Part shown: piece after piece, positions 57,192 to 57,294 of the stretch
Layout: every line of letters starts with the position of its first letter
How positions within the stretch are numbered: the first letter of the stretch is position 1
Source: Candidatus Woesebacteria bacterium GW2011_GWB1_39_12
Lineage (GTDB): Bacteria > Patescibacteriota > Microgenomatia > UBA8517
Direction of reading: 5' to 3'
Assembly: GCA_000993405.1 (NCBI GenBank)
Contig: LBWB01000002.1
Coordinates: forward strand, 1 to 57,294
DNA length: 57,294 nucleotides
Notes under the pieces: model-generated
What the model was told of the DNA's origin: nothing
Database searches by the model: none
Seen by the model: only the letters and a program-made list of their open reading frames with translations
Translations under genes and position numbers: made by a program

Positions 57192-57294
57192 TTGCTCATA
57201 TCTCGCAAATTTTGCGAGATTTTTTTGTTACCAGCTGCCCAAATATGATACGTTTTTCAATCAACCTGCCTACAAATTACCGTCTTGACTTACA

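Overview
Low-GC bacterial chromosome segment. Gene content and style suggest a Patescibacteria/CPR genome, probably Microgenomates (inference: PilN/PilO-like genes, many GT-C glycosyltransferases, FemAB pair, PT-rich surface proteins, few SD sites). The core scaffold holds xth (partial), murJ, rpsT, PcrA/UvrD, a UvrD-PD-(D/E)XK helicase-nuclease, rmuC, metG, an alpha-2-macroglobulin/PBP1C pair, WecA-like and UbiA-family (DPPR synthase-like) genes, tRNA-Cys(GCA) and ssb. An accessory stretch of small, individually promoted genes runs from about 39.7 to 47.8 kb. The most notable unexplained structure lies there: four direct copies of a 21-bp motif (GAGCTAATTTGAAGACAAATT) delimit three 0.73-0.82 kb gene modules (sugar transferase, toxin-antitoxin pair, acyltransferase), like a cassette array with no recognisable integron signals. 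Other signals: two displaced duplicate gene 3' tails that look like recombination scars, in-frame palindromic DNA insertions in proteins, pervasive 7-nt-period repeats, tRNA-3'-end-like spacer repeats, many apparently leaderless genes, and a CIRCE-like operator with no chaperone gene behind it. All family calls are from motif recognition by eye; no database searches were run.
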